Assembly: GCA_965209085.1 (NCBI GenBank)
Contig: OZ242376.1
Coordinates: 992,001-1,056,000, forward strand
Direction: 5' to 3'
From: Nitrosopumilaceae archaeon
Lineage (GTDB): Archaea > Thermoproteota > Nitrososphaeria > Nitrososphaerales > Nitrosopumilaceae
DNA length: 64,000 nt
Position numbers and translations under genes: made by a program. Shown here one piece after another: positions 43,001 to 49,697 of this stretch. Numbering within the stretch: the first letter of the stretch is position 1; each line of letters starts with the position of its first letter. The notes under the pieces were generated by a model, which did no database searches, had not been told where the DNA came from, and saw only the letters and a program-made list of their open reading frames with translations.

Positions 43001-43440
43001 TGTGAAAGATTTTCTTCAGATAATGATATGTCTCCAGAGTTACTGGATACGTTTATTTCGAAATTTGCATAACCGTCAGGATCAGTTTCCAATATGGTTA
43101 TTGTGGCATTGAGTTCATTACCCAAAACTGATACGGTGGCATATTTACCATGTATTGTCGCCGTGGCATTATAATGCAACGTTTCATTCGCTTTAAAGTT
43201 TACAGTGATAGTATCGCCAGCATTGGCATATGCTGGATTTGTATTATTACTACTAGTTGTAATATTACCCGTTACCGGTTCGGTTAATGTTATAATGGGT
43301 AATGATAATGGTTGGTTTTCTTGATCACCAGCACCAAAAGTTAATTCTGCTGCTGCAACATCCTGGACATCATATGCAAAAGGGGAAATAAATGGTAAAG
43401 GCGACAACAACACTAGTGCAAATATTGCAACTGCATACAT
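28054..43440 (-). CDS. Giant secreted surface protein/adhesin 2 (5128 aa): FG-GAP/integrin-alpha propeller, Ig-like stalk, two LVIVD-like propellers, conserved C-terminal domain
   Basis: FG.....LGDINGDG..D..VGA repeats; 40-aa YALVAS..DDGVQIINITDPYNPS repeats; DUF5011-like modules; signal peptide and C-terminus shared with gene 1. Confidence 0.9.
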   Translation of the reverse strand: MYAVAIFALVLLSPLPFISPFAYDVQDVAAAELTFGAGDQENQPLSLPIITLTEPVTGNITTSSNNTNPAYANAGDTITVNFKANETLHYNATATIHGKYATVSVLGNELNATITILETDPDGYANFEINVSSNSGDISLSEENLSQGTTPVFVDKRIPVITLNGPFGVFVTQGESYTEFGASAIDGDPLYSGTITDNSSSITTGTIGTFIVEYTAPNDGAGNVPFSKTRTVFVQDPSLTASAKHVDNETILLRFNTNQHAFFSGNNTLTSAITVDGASVKSAAISGQIKSITTFDSTTPGLEFIKYYDDFGYAVSPLGDINDDGYEDIMVGIPKHASESSAGGAVAIVHLGENAESILDVFLFDGDSENMPELSKIDNTTLGSRFGLSLENLGDINGDGFTDIAVGASAVRVDGDAFGSVYVLFLGPNGSSVLGYADINSTIHNGLGFGTAITNMGDLNTDGIQDILVSAINTPAFIIENGINTSIVVGSFFIMHLGSDGLPIKTIEYNLSVIQSQVPSFPNHPETLIGVAVENMGDLNHDGYTDVMITSIDSATKDSFIYTIHLGERGETILDISRMNIHGSNFPPDFGPAVAFGSSIAKLNDINGDGYTDMIISAPETPNFQTAGAFYVLSLGANGTSVNGYYEISSATIDDLILEPRNTEFQRNSQIARSIAVLGDLNSNGAPNIVLGANYLNARGGLHVLSFAGYNDNIPHVIIKTNTTDTAKTSNVVIDAVSGDIQLQLVPTNVSTTAEDGVAPRITSITHASNTSLSIEFSETIIADTEFKVDSFRISNTSAIAVVKNAAISGNTVLLNTTVLSSVDTPLIEILDSVIKDGSGNSIEYTAHTVPDTVGPYPINAFWGYDGGSTNIFLTMILLSDDNIVTFDVSGYTINDKKPAHITPVYGYLGIQFNGNPADPLPFVFNQSNLDLILAPRENFVDNLQNIALKNFTIKVDQTLLPARILRAETGDGNKIILTLSKNMADVETTDFTLSDSLSLQSASVERNKIILVTTDQLPSDSTPIITISGNISDTNIGIPRYQPSNITIGTTITVSDGIRPTITSAEYDNYYNLNISYSEPIRKDLISEEDFEITFIDLVQGVGSKDVTQRVITSITTSNDNLSTSLTFDRKLQPNSTLQMSGLMRDITGLAMLKEQITISDTTPPFMSSARTLDTTSIEITFNEDISSTNLNANDFSIDSGSISAIAATVLNNVVRIETDPITADATPVITLIGSVSDIVGNIANSGSVTATDAIAPSLNSLSITSDNINSAFAKSSDTITLTLVANEPVSFLNGHILGKTPQTNVPGNTITASVNIDENTSNGPSVFAITISDGAGNTKTVTELDITASNVNIDTQSPVITLIGSSDKSLTLDATYIDDGSLVTDNDPNYVQTSATVSENINSAVLGASYLVTYSAQADSAGNIPENQTRSVTIVNADPINVTSLSITSSSGTNYANAGKIITLTLTTDGSDLGNIAGTLLGRSFTNTTNGGVATFTVTVQSGDTNENATFSITVTNSSGNQISVTNADITDSSHVTIDTTAPSITLNGENNTIVATNSPYTDPGATATDASYATSSVQVSGTGTVDIATADNYTLTYTAPVDPAGNTGSTITRNVIVQDTLPIDITAFTITTANTNKSYAKAGDRLTLELTVNDTITTYTGQILNTNPDTLFAETYITLLAFLNTPNNATESNATFTFTVTNINGTTLTVTEDNLTGPNVFVDTIPPNITLIGSANGTIVLGSTYADPGATAKDGDPNYSGTYTATVNPPLDTSILGAVFVYTYTADADNAGNLGDSISRTVTVVDVKPINVTSLSIASSSGNNFANAGKIITLTLDTDGSDLGNFTGSLLDRSFTNTTNGGVATFTVTVQSGDTNENATFSITMTNSSGNQISVTNANITDRSYVTIDTTAPSITLNGANNTIVIRNQPYEDPNATASDASYATDSVQVSGTGNLDITTNAIYTLTYTAPDDPAGNIGPVITRTVTVQDAPPIKINILTFTSSNQNTQYAKAGDVLTLTLVINDTITSDTVQIQNGSLTTNSSSSSTLAASRVIPTSTIESNATFTITVTNANGVTLTVTENDLTGSNVFVDTIPPNITLIGPADSGIVLDSEYTDPGATAKDGDPNYSGTYNTTINGTFSTAIPGAIYEYTYTAHDDNAGNPGDNTTRIVRIVDVDPINVTLLTIKSSSGTNYANAGKIITLTLATDGSDLGNFTGTLLGRSSTNTTNGGNATFTVTVQLGDTNENATFSITVTNSSGNQISIITTDTTDGSFVTIDTIKPVIVLTGGAGSVFQGETYQDPGTTISDSNNASYAGSVSNTSLNTAILGPQNITYTGTADVAGNEPDQQTRTVTVFAKPLGLNSLTIESNNVNTSFAKDGDVIIVTLATNGTIDYIVGTIANNPVAYTVTGNNASATVTVAGTFVDTASVTFLITAYNEDNSTFTTFTNRDLTGSNIAIDTTAPSITLNGENNTRVATNSPYTDPGATATDASYATSSVQVSGAGNVNTAIVGNYTLTYTAPDDPAGNTGSTITRNVIVQDTLPIGITEFTITSFNTNKSYAKAGDRLDLELTVNYTIITYTGQILNTDPDTQFITSGNDRQLFADLNTPNNATESNATFTFTVTNINGTTLTVTEDNLTGPNVFVDTIPPNITLIGSANGTIVLGSTYADPGATAKDGDPNYSGTYTATVNPPLDTSILGAVFVYTYTADADNAGNLGDSISRTVTVVETEPITINSLSIASSSGTNYANAGKIITLTLVTDGSDLGNITGTLLGRELVNDTTGGSAEFTATVVSGDDGNATFSITVTNSSGNQISISNIDIKDGSYVTIDTIKPEISLLGTENITLARGANFIDLGAIASDASYENIIVYSNDTVNTNTIGTYTLNYTAPADGAGNLGNTISRTVNVLDVPPLDLEFQSISPSGKLTRGVDFSSDYTFNSIDPFKINDKTYALVTNGFNTNNDFFILDITNPALPSVISEQNIGSFITHDSAILTVDGLPYGIMSTFTSRVNIYNLSNPASPSVLRSIDGGSLYPTVNSPTGVTTIKIGSTPYILISSQNTDKGVQIVNATFPDSLKHVSNIVDGTTYPVLDGAQGITTVTIGSSQYALVAASVDNGVQIINITDPYNPSPASSVTDGTLYPELDGAWDVTTIAIDGSTYALVAAKTDNGVQIINITDPYNPSPVSSVTDGIDGYDTLNAPLSIVAKQIGLSTYAFVASNGDNGIQVIDITDPQNPLPAYNIADDTSGYTNLNGTSDIALARINDLTYVLVTSLYDGLQIISVRSSAVISTTSNPDQSYAKAGDTLGIAFTVNDTISSHAGQILELTPNATITGTNYNATVTVPATPVESNITFAIQVVNAEGTTLFVTESAIPQNSRIFIDTIAPEISLIGNSSFMVPLNSIDPSIPGVIITDGDPNYPYTFTTVIIGTLDTSVINSTVTYTYTAAADGAGNAGPSITRTVTVSNSLQTLVTSLGISGTGSDNFARAGQTVSLTLVLDSFDPTSVSGTLFGTNATPVISGNTVTLSATISDQSPNGDAMFTILLENARGNILYVTNSEITDNSYVTIDTIRPAISLRGTDNVNVAKGAIFTDPGAIASDASYENIIVYSSDTVNTNTIGTYTLTYAAPADVAGNPGNTISRTVNVLNVAQLALETKLIHSPSGILTKGTDFSTNIPPTTINLFETSGKTYALLTEGSSAAWIIADVTNPALPSIVFNNTGFIPAYKTSIFTIDNTQYAIAAGGIGNTSILDISSPASPSVIATLVNGTEYPRLYNAQSVTTVTIGASTFALFASASPTNGVQIIDVTNPLSPSNVSYLTDDTDGYLELGGAFDITTVTIGASVYALVASNNDDGVQIINITDPYNPSNASSVTDGIDGYDELDGAYGITTVTVGSSVYALVASFNDDSIQIINITDPYNPSNASSVTDGIDGYDELDGPYRITTVTVGSSVYALTVSIIDDGVQIIDITDPYNPQPTYSLTDNTGGYVNLDNPRDIITATINGKIYAFIASNNDGLQIIKLESLQSTVNITSNNANLTYAKTGDTLTVQFTVNNIISSHTSQILGLTPSVTLNGANYNATLTVPSIQTESYATFAIQVANAEGTTLFVTESAIPQNSRIFIDTIAPRISLIGSENHNILQNNNVSSIPNVTVTDGDPNYAGTFSIATNATLDTSVLGSVVLYTYTAAADGAGNAGSSVTRTVTVVDFEPITINSLTIASSSGNNYANAGKNITVTLATDSSDLDNINGTLLGRSFTNTTTGGSATFTGTVQSGDDGDATFSITVTNSTGGQISVTNADITDGSYVTIDTTAPSITLKGANNTRIATNSPYTDPGATATDASYATSSVQVSGAGNVNTTIVGNYTLTYTAPVDPAGNTGSTITRNVIVQDTPPININTLTLTSNNQNAQYAKADDTLTLMLVINDTITSDTVIIQNGPPTTNSSSGSTLTATRIIPTSAIESDATFTITVTNANGATLTVTQDDLIGSNVFVDTIPPTITPDLPQIITVNDTLPVIRGDTDDGDLNYNSITLTCDTTHVNHEIANVYPVTCTANNDPAGNPGSSATTYIDVRNVNGTTILNSSHIDSNAPIVQNPNGVIMALIHNDSLINPDNQLKLHASTLELNTFAVTSNTTSGSTVTHTTTYPHPLDLMVNSKITVKIERNTTMTFNTNNSNPGNFIIREIIDNHNDDAVRLGFENTSYALTGNALELTFSVTRSSFDAFVRNGTFDSYVLINRHNGTIDDASSALTVINGNASFSGVLYTYDSTERTVTIWTSHLSDFKVNTTSSGGSDSDSDSNAPTLGKTSSGAQLVTNGFEYNGLTVNVGRYHTEFPLIGTNVGDINTIKMKIYDSAGPEGIKRVEVALGVPDVGLYHEAEAFVEVWMQKDSIAVKEIVIVDKLNLLEDSDVSSTVSQISCTGDVQQCLLVELKYSYREPPIYNTVSIKPVDWDNNAHQFYFNDGIHVDGDSINLPKEIDISTSHATGISNTVETLHLVQIDRAEHLWVDQYGYQWMIIGNTVRQITTPEYVVPDDNTYGTLHGPDRNHPDFASTVYAEQKRAQETLAEILGHATIIKPLPENGGTIYFDATGTDSRKGDSFKLVLELETARMQQLSNLLYDDSS

Positions 43441-43632
43441 ATTGAATTATCACGATAATGTGTATATAAACATACGTGATTGATCAGGAGTCCCAATTGT
43501 GATCCATTTTCCAAAGTTTTCCTTAAACCCATGATAAATTCAAACAGATCAATATGGACGTATTTTGATGATTTATTGGAGTGAAAACATGTAAGCAAGT
43601 CTGATGCACTTGAAGTGTTGGCAAACCCATAT

Positions 43633-44145
43633 CAGGACAGATGGTGTTATCTGTTTAACGTCCTTGATGCATTCACACGCGAATGGGTCAGATATGCGTT
43701 TGAGTCAAGAGCTATTACCGACGGTGCAATTGCAGCATTAACTGTAACCTTGGCATCCAAGAAACCGGACTGCTCAAAGCTTGTTTTAAGAACCGACAAC
43801 GGTTCCCAGTATATTTTAGCGCAATTTGTCAAGGCTGTAAAGCATACGGTGTGAGGTAAGAATTCATCCACTATCATACGCTAGAGCAAAATGCTCATGT
43901 GGAATCCTTTCACAAGAGTTTCAAGATAGAGTATGTCCGGCCGCGCGACTTGAGACGTTCCAGGATGCCAAAGCTGCAACATTATACGCCTTTGAGGATT
44001 ACAATCAGAACCGGGTACACTCTGCAATAGGATACGCAACGCCATCAGAATTTGGCACCGCACGGAGGGCAATGATAAAAATGAGCCATCAGATCCTATC
44101 ATTTTTAATGCAAAAATTGTTCTCATTGTACGGGGGTCCGCACCA
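43633..44145 (+). mobile_element. IS3-family remnant (3' half and right IR), opposite orientation to the 25336-26528 copy
   Basis: DRWCYLFNVLDAFTREW...TDNGSQY; ends GTTCTCATTGTACGGGGGTCCGCACCA, near-identical to the IR at 25336. Confidence 0.85.
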
Positions 44146-44427
44146 TTATACAATCAAACAAAAACCATTCAAAATACAGTATGCTCCAAAACAAGATGGA
44201 CGTATTTGCATATTCTTTTACAGTACGCAGTTGCATAACTTTTGATCGGACATCTTAGAATACGTGTTTTATACATGCAAAATGTAGTATAAACACACGC
44301 AAAAGTTCGTGAGCTAAAAATCACCTTCATACAATAATATGGTGATGATAAAACCCGCACGAGTTTTTAATCGTCGTCATGTTTGATAGAATTCCCACAT
44401 CAGATTCAATCAAAGCTTGTGCAGACG

Positions 44428-44735
44428 CTAAGCGATATTGCAAAATGTGTTGTATGCTGATACTTTTATTCGAATCTCCTGGACAATATTATCCCATTTC
44501 TTAGAGTATACAGATTCGCCAAAGATTTTCTTAAACGTTGAAAAGACTATCTCTGTTATCCATCTCTGTCAATAATGCACACGTTTTTTCCACTTGGTTC
44601 TATTGTGCATCATCTCATCTTTGCATATGTGCATTATGTGTAGTCGATCTTTTCATCCATCGAGCTGATCCCGTACTGTTGAATTGCGTGCAAATCCTCC
44701 AGCCCTTAACCCAGAGTTTATGCAAACTTGTTCTT
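44428..44735 (-). pseudogene. IS5-family (IS903-like) transposase C-terminal remnant
   Basis: Manual translation: ...AGGFARNSTVRDQLDG*...KWKKRVHY*QRWITEIVFSTFKKIFGESVYSKKWDNIVQEIRIKVSAYN; Y-x2-R-x3-E-x6-K signature with two in-frame stops. Confidence 0.75.
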
Positions 44736-45066
44736 GCATCCACTCTCAGGTATGCAAACGTGTGGAATACATGCCTGAAATCAACTAGCAAAAATCCAAA
44801 CGTTCGGACATTTTATTTTTCATATTCACTAGCAGCGCATAATGCACAAGTTTACTGGAGTTATCTGATTGGATGTAAATCTCATAATTGGAGCAGCAGG
44901 CCGAGAATAAATCAAATGGTATTCAAAGTCATACGTTTGTACACCTTTATGTCATAAGAGCAGACTGCCGCCGGAACCAGAGTTGCCTTTGGTGCAATTG
45001 AGACTATTGGTCAAGATTACCATAGTTCATAACGCTTAAGACGCTCTAGCCGTGTTTTGTTTATGT

Positions 45067-45963
45067 ATGGATTGGGGAATGGAGAATCGTCTAGCGCGCA
45101 TAATAAAACCCATAGATGGTAAGGCAGTCATGCTTGCAGTGGATCACGGATATTTCCTTGGACCCACCGAGAAATTGGAGAATCCCAGAAAAACCGTAGA
45201 ACCTCTTGTAAAATATTGCGATTCACTCATGCTTACGCGTGGCGTGCAACGTTCGTGTATAGATGCAAGACATCCGGTTCCAATAGTTTTGCGCGTATCA
45301 GGCGGCAGCAGTATAATAGGCGATGATCTTTCAAACGAAGATATTGTAACGAGTGTTAAAGAGGCCGTACGGCTCAATGCCAGTGCGCTTGCCATGTCCA
45401 TATTTGTGGGCTCAAAATACGAACACAGGACAATTGTAAATCTAGGCAAACTAGTCAACGAGGCTGAAGAGTACAACATTCCAGTACTAGCCGTAACTGC
45501 AGTTGGAAAAGAGATGGCAAGGGATGCACGGTATCTTTCACTTGCGTGCAGAATTGCAGCAGAACAGGGGGCACGCATAGTCAAGACATATCACTGTGAA
45601 GATTTTTCCAAAGTTGTAAATTCGTGTCCGGTACCGGTCATAATTGCCGGAGGAAAAAAGATACCGGAAAAAGACGCCCTTACTCTCACACATAATGCCA
45701 TAAAGTCTGGCGCCGTGGGAGTTGACATGGGTCGCAACATATGGCAATCGGAAAATCCAGTACCGATGATCCGCGCCGTGCGTGCCATAGTGCATTCAAA
45801 CCATACCGCAGAGCAGGCATACAAAATGTATGTAGAGTTGTGTAAAAATACAAACAAACCCAATGAAAATAAAGAAAGAAAACAGTTCAAGGGGAAAGAT
45901 CAGTATAAAAACAGACAAAATAACAAATCACATGCGTCAAATAAAAAACACAATCCGCGATAA
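45067..45963 (+). CDS. lsrF: LsrF-like class I aldolase/thiolase (DhnA family)
   Basis: MDWGMENRLARI, MLAVDHGYFLGP, IVKTY, IAGGKK, GVDMGRNIWQS. Confidence 0.85.
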   Translation: MDWGMENRLARIIKPIDGKAVMLAVDHGYFLGPTEKLENPRKTVEPLVKYCDSLMLTRGVQRSCIDARHPVPIVLRVSGGSSIIGDDLSNEDIVTSVKEAVRLNASALAMSIFVGSKYEHRTIVNLGKLVNEAEEYNIPVLAVTAVGKEMARDARYLSLACRIAAEQGARIVKTYHCEDFSKVVNSCPVPVIIAGGKKIPEKDALTLTHNAIKSGAVGVDMGRNIWQSENPVPMIRAVRAIVHSNHTAEQAYKMYVELCKNTNKPNENKERKQFKGKDQYKNRQNNKSHASNKKHNPR

Positions 45964-45987
45964 CTGAACAATCATCACGGTTTTTTC

Positions 45988-46497
45988 CTACAGGGCATCT
46001 TTTATCCCATATTGATCAAGAAGTATGAAAAGAGCATCCTTTGAATCAAGTTTTGTATAATCATCCAACAGCGAGGCGTTTAATTCAAAAAAAGTGTGTC
46101 CCCATTTCTGTCCTCCCAGTATAAGATGCGCCTGTTTGTGAAAACCCAGTATATACAAAGCTCCAGATATTGCTTCAGCTGTGGTCAGCTTGTTTAATTT
46201 TGAATAATTTACAGGATTGCCTGCAAAAAGTGGCGGCAGCCGTCTGTGCAATCCCGCCTTTTGCCGCTCAAATACGCCATCTGAGAGACGCCAAGAGCAA
46301 TCCACCGCGGTAATGGAGCGGGCACGTTTTTTATCTGCGGCAAGTAAGAACGCATCTGCAAACGGATTCAAAAGAAGTGTTGTATCTGCTGCATTTTTAA
46401 TTCGCTTTGCATTCCCGTCTCTTATCATTTTTGCAGCAGTACACTTGCGCGGATCATCCTGCTCGTACATTATTAGCCGAATATACACCAGTGCCAC
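45988..46497 (-). CDS. tsr3: 16S rRNA aminocarboxypropyltransferase (DUF367)
   Basis: QDDPRKCTA, DCSW, RRLPPLFAGNPVNY, KLTTAEA, KWGHTFFELN. Confidence 0.9.
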   Translation of the reverse strand: MALVYIRLIMYEQDDPRKCTAAKMIRDGNAKRIKNAADTTLLLNPFADAFLLAADKKRARSITAVDCSWRLSDGVFERQKAGLHRRLPPLFAGNPVNYSKLNKLTTAEAISGALYILGFHKQAHLILGGQKWGHTFFELNASLLDDYTKLDSKDALFILLDQYGIKDAL

Positions 46498-46506
46498 CTA
46501 TACCGT

Positions 46507-47601
46507 TTATTCCAATAGTGGTTTCCGTCCAACCAGTATCTTCATTGCCCCATCCCCGCTTCGCGCATGATCAAATGCTTTTTGTGAAACATCCAACAGG
46601 TATTTGTGGGTTATCAAAAGACTTGCGGGAATTTTCCCCGATGCTATAAGATTCAGTGATTCGGCAGTATCATTATCTGATGCTGCATAGCTGCTCAGTA
46701 TTTCAAGTTCCTTTGAATATACATATTCCATGTCAAGGTTTATGGCAGAGTTTTTTGATGGAACGCCAAACATCATTACTGTTCCGCCCTTTCTTGTCGA
46801 TTTTATCGCATCATGTAGCGCATCCATACTTCCGGTGGCCACTATGGATATATCAGAGCCGCGCCCGTCAGTGGAAGAGAAAATTTCATCATGTGCCAAA
46901 TCCATCTTTGAGAATCCTTTTGCAATACCGTGTTTTTGTGCAAAATCCGTCCGAAATTTGTTGGGATCAATGCATACAATCCCCCCCATACGGCGGTGTT
47001 TTGCAAGCATTGCGTGCAGTAATCCGGCAGGTCCTGCCCCATATATGGTGATAAAATCCCCATCATTTGCATTTATGCGCCCCCATGCGCGCACACAGCA
47101 TGCCAGCGGTTCTATCATCGCAGCATCATCAAATCCTACAGATTCTGGGAGTTGAAGTACCCCACCTCCCCGAACGTTCCATTCTGGAACCGCGTATTCT
47201 TCGGCCAGTCCGCACGGTTGCAGGTTTGATTTAGAGTAATGCTCACACAAAGTTTCAGATCCGCTCTTGCATAGGTGACATATCCGGCATGCAACATGAT
47301 GGTGCGTGAAAACCCTATCCCCCACGGATATATTCAAAACATCAGGGCCCACTTTCAGTACGGTTCCGGCCGGCTCATGGCCCAGTTTTGTAGACGGTTT
47401 TGAATAACTTCCAAAGACTTTTTCAACATCAGAACCGCATATGCCGCATGATTCCATACGTACCAGTATCCCCCCACTGCCAATTTCAGGGGCGGGCAAA
47501 TCTTTTACGGATACAAACCCGTCGTTTGCGACTGCCGCCATCATGCCCGTATTGTGTGTTTTAGGTATAAGTAGATTCAGTCCCCTATGGGGTAGGGACA
47601 T
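46507..47601 (-). CDS. Zn-dependent (MDR) dehydrogenase, sorbitol/threonine dehydrogenase-like
   Basis: CGICGSD, LGHE, CxxCxxC-x7-C, EPLAC, GAGPAG; likely start is MMAAVAND near 47544. Confidence 0.9.
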   Translation of the reverse strand: MSLPHRGLNLLIPKTHNTGMMAAVANDGFVSVKDLPAPEIGSGGILVRMESCGICGSDVEKVFGSYSKPSTKLGHEPAGTVLKVGPDVLNISVGDRVFTHHHVACRICHLCKSGSETLCEHYSKSNLQPCGLAEEYAVPEWNVRGGGVLQLPESVGFDDAAMIEPLACCVRAWGRINANDGDFITIYGAGPAGLLHAMLAKHRRMGGIVCIDPNKFRTDFAQKHGIAKGFSKMDLAHDEIFSSTDGRGSDISIVATGSMDALHDAIKSTRKGGTVMMFGVPSKNSAINLDMEYVYSKELEILSSYAASDNDTAESLNLIASGKIPASLLITHKYLLDVSQKAFDHARSGDGAMKILVGRKPLLE

Positions 47602-48712
47602 TTTCAGGTGTTATTGCAGATGAGAGGTTTTCCTGCGGGCTGATTAGTTTGAGAATTTCATTGTTTAAGAGTGTTAATTTTAGCGAGTTTGTATCCAGTA
47701 TATCAGGGGGTATGTTTTGCAGTGGATTTTTCCAGTATGGATCGTTTAATTCTTTTATCGATAAAAGCAGCAGCGGGTTTGCATGTATGATTGATTCAGG
47801 ATAACAGTTTAACATGTGGCCGTTTTGTATTTTAATAAATTCCCAGTTTTGGCATGCGCCATCCTGTGCCAGATCAGTGTTGTCAAATTCCCAGTCAAAT
47901 CCGTTTCCTGCTGCTGCGTCAGGATATCCGTTGCCGCGCACCAGTAAAAGCTGCTCTGCTACATAATCAGCAGTGGTTTTTATCGACAGCGCTCCGGGGT
48001 ACAGATATACGACGTTTGGGTGCGAGGTTATCGCATCAAACATATTTTGTGTCGCATATTCATTGTGCAGCAATATTACCCGGCCATATTTTGATAGTAT
48101 TCCCGGATTTTTATCAATCTCAACATCTGTTATAAAGTCATAACCGAGTATTTTCAACACCTGATATGCTGTATTACCTTCAGCATACGCGCCATCATCA
48201 TCGTATATGATTTTAGATGAGATACAGTTTTCACATCCGCCCATGTAATGGTACGCCAATCCGCCGGGGGCGTACGCTGTGCGCGTAAAGGACGGATATA
48301 CTGCAATTGTGGAATTTTCAGTATTGCGAAGATACGAATAGATTGTATCAACATCATCGCGGGGTTTTATGGTTATCCTCGAATACGTATTGTTTGCGAT
48401 TTTTTCAGAAGTCTTACCGTACAGTTTGAATATTATTTGCGGTGCAGACAGGTCCACCAAATCATCTCCTGTAGGATGCGGCACATTTAGCGTATCGGAT
48501 TCAGGCAAACCGGATGACATTTGAAAAACCAATACTGCCACTACAATTACAACAGCTATTACACCCCCTGCAACTGCAATCATGCGTTTTTTATCAAAAG
48601 TCTGTTTTACGGGTGCAATCTCAGATGCCGGCACTTTTTGTACCGTATAGTGTTGTTGCTCTTTGGCGGATTTTTTTGCCTCGTATCGAAAACGTTTTGT
48701 CTTTTTTACCAT
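47585..48712 (-). CDS. Membrane-anchored hypothetical protein
   Basis: Basic N-terminus, single TM, globular domain with ILLHNEY...HPNVVYLYP. Confidence 0.7.
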   Translation of the reverse strand: MVKKTKRFRYEAKKSAKEQQHYTVQKVPASEIAPVKQTFDKKRMIAVAGGVIAVVIVVAVLVFQMSSGLPESDTLNVPHPTGDDLVDLSAPQIIFKLYGKTSEKIANNTYSRITIKPRDDVDTIYSYLRNTENSTIAVYPSFTRTAYAPGGLAYHYMGGCENCISSKIIYDDDGAYAEGNTAYQVLKILGYDFITDVEIDKNPGILSKYGRVILLHNEYATQNMFDAITSHPNVVYLYPGALSIKTTADYVAEQLLLVRGNGYPDAAAGNGFDWEFDNTDLAQDGACQNWEFIKIQNGHMLNCYPESIIHANPLLLLSIKELNDPYWKNPLQNIPPDILDTNSLKLTLLNNEILKLISPQENLSSAITPENVPTP

Positions 48713-48715
48713 TGC

Positions 48716-49009
48716 CTAAACGCCCAGTATCTTTTTTAGCATTGCCCGATAGTCCACCGTGGATTTTGTGCTGCCAACGGCAGGCAGTGAGAAAACAATG
48801 GTGGATTTTGCCGCCCGAAGTTTTGTCAGTTTGTCCGATATGGGATTTGAGACATCATCGCTTACCAGTACAAGGCCCACGTTTGAGTCCTCAGTTAAGG
48901 CGTTTATTTCACGGAATGCATCATCTGGCGTTTCTGAAATTATGCCAGAGACACCGGCGAGCTGAAAGCTTGTAACAAACGATCTGCTCCCCACGGTAAC
49001 GATTTTCAC
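48716..49009 (-). CDS. atpF: A/V-type ATP synthase subunit F
   Basis: KIVTVGSRSFVTSFQLAGV...VGLVLV...LKKILGV; GTG start at 49009. Confidence 0.9.
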   Translation of the reverse strand: MKIVTVGSRSFVTSFQLAGVSGIISETPDDAFREINALTEDSNVGLVLVSDDVSNPISDKLTKLRAAKSTIVFSLPAVGSTKSTVDYRAMLKKILGV

Positions 49010-49045
49010 ACATAGACTTGGCTTGTGTTGTAATTTAACCTTTTT

Positions 49046-49381
49046 TTGCAAACGTTGATTATACAGTCCCATTCATACACATACATGGAGATTGACGCAT
49101 CAAAGGACGTATACCTTTTTGTCCACGGCAGAAATGAGCTTGTGGATAAAGCCACAAAGGCGCTTGTTGCAAAAGGTTTCCAAGCTGAAAAAATTACAGA
49201 GGCGGATTCGCAGAAAACAGGCAATGTTGGCGATTATATGGCAATGTTATGGATGCCTCCAAATCCGGATCACATCAAAGTACAGCAGATAACTGGCGTG
49301 GATTCAAGCGTAGAGCCAAAGGGTATGACAGGCGCATGGACCGGTGTCTCAAAAAATGATCTTTTTACCGTCCAGCTGTAA
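49046..49381 (+). CDS. Hypothetical protein
   Basis: Protein-like ORF divergent from atpF; likely start MEIDAS. Confidence 0.6.
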   Translation: MQTLIIQSHSYTYMEIDASKDVYLFVHGRNELVDKATKALVAKGFQAEKITEADSQKTGNVGDYMAMLWMPPNPDHIKVQQITGVDSSVEPKGMTGAWTGVSKNDLFTVQL

Positions 49382-49666
49382 CTGGGATAAAAGTTGGGCA
49401 AGAAACGCACCATATTGGGAATCGGGAAATTTTACAGCGCGTACATTTTTTTTGGCCATACGAACTGATTCTACATGGTAGCATCCTTTTCCATCCCGCA
49501 TCCTGTCAAAAAAATACGCGCTGCATGAGCAAAATCCCTCCTCTTTTTCAACCCAGTGCTCTCCGGTTTTTCCCACAACGGTCCAGACCTGGCGGCCGCT
49601 TGGCTCAAATACATGCAGCTTTACCCGGCCTTCCTGCGCGGCAATTCTAGCTTTATCAGAGCTCAC
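49349..49666 (-). CDS. SWIM zinc-finger protein
   Basis: CSC-x13-CYH motif. Confidence 0.8.
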   Translation of the reverse strand: MSSDKARIAAQEGRVKLHVFEPSGRQVWTVVGKTGEHWVEKEEGFCSCSAYFFDRMRDGKGCYHVESVRMAKKNVRAVKFPDSQYGAFLAQLLSQLQLDGKKIIF

Positions 49667-49697
49667 AAGGAATTAATCATACCTGCATTCTATATCT

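Noticed and set aside
44538-44957. 139-aa plus-strand ORF
   Set aside because: Overlaps the minus-strand IS5 remnant and has an unprotein-like composition
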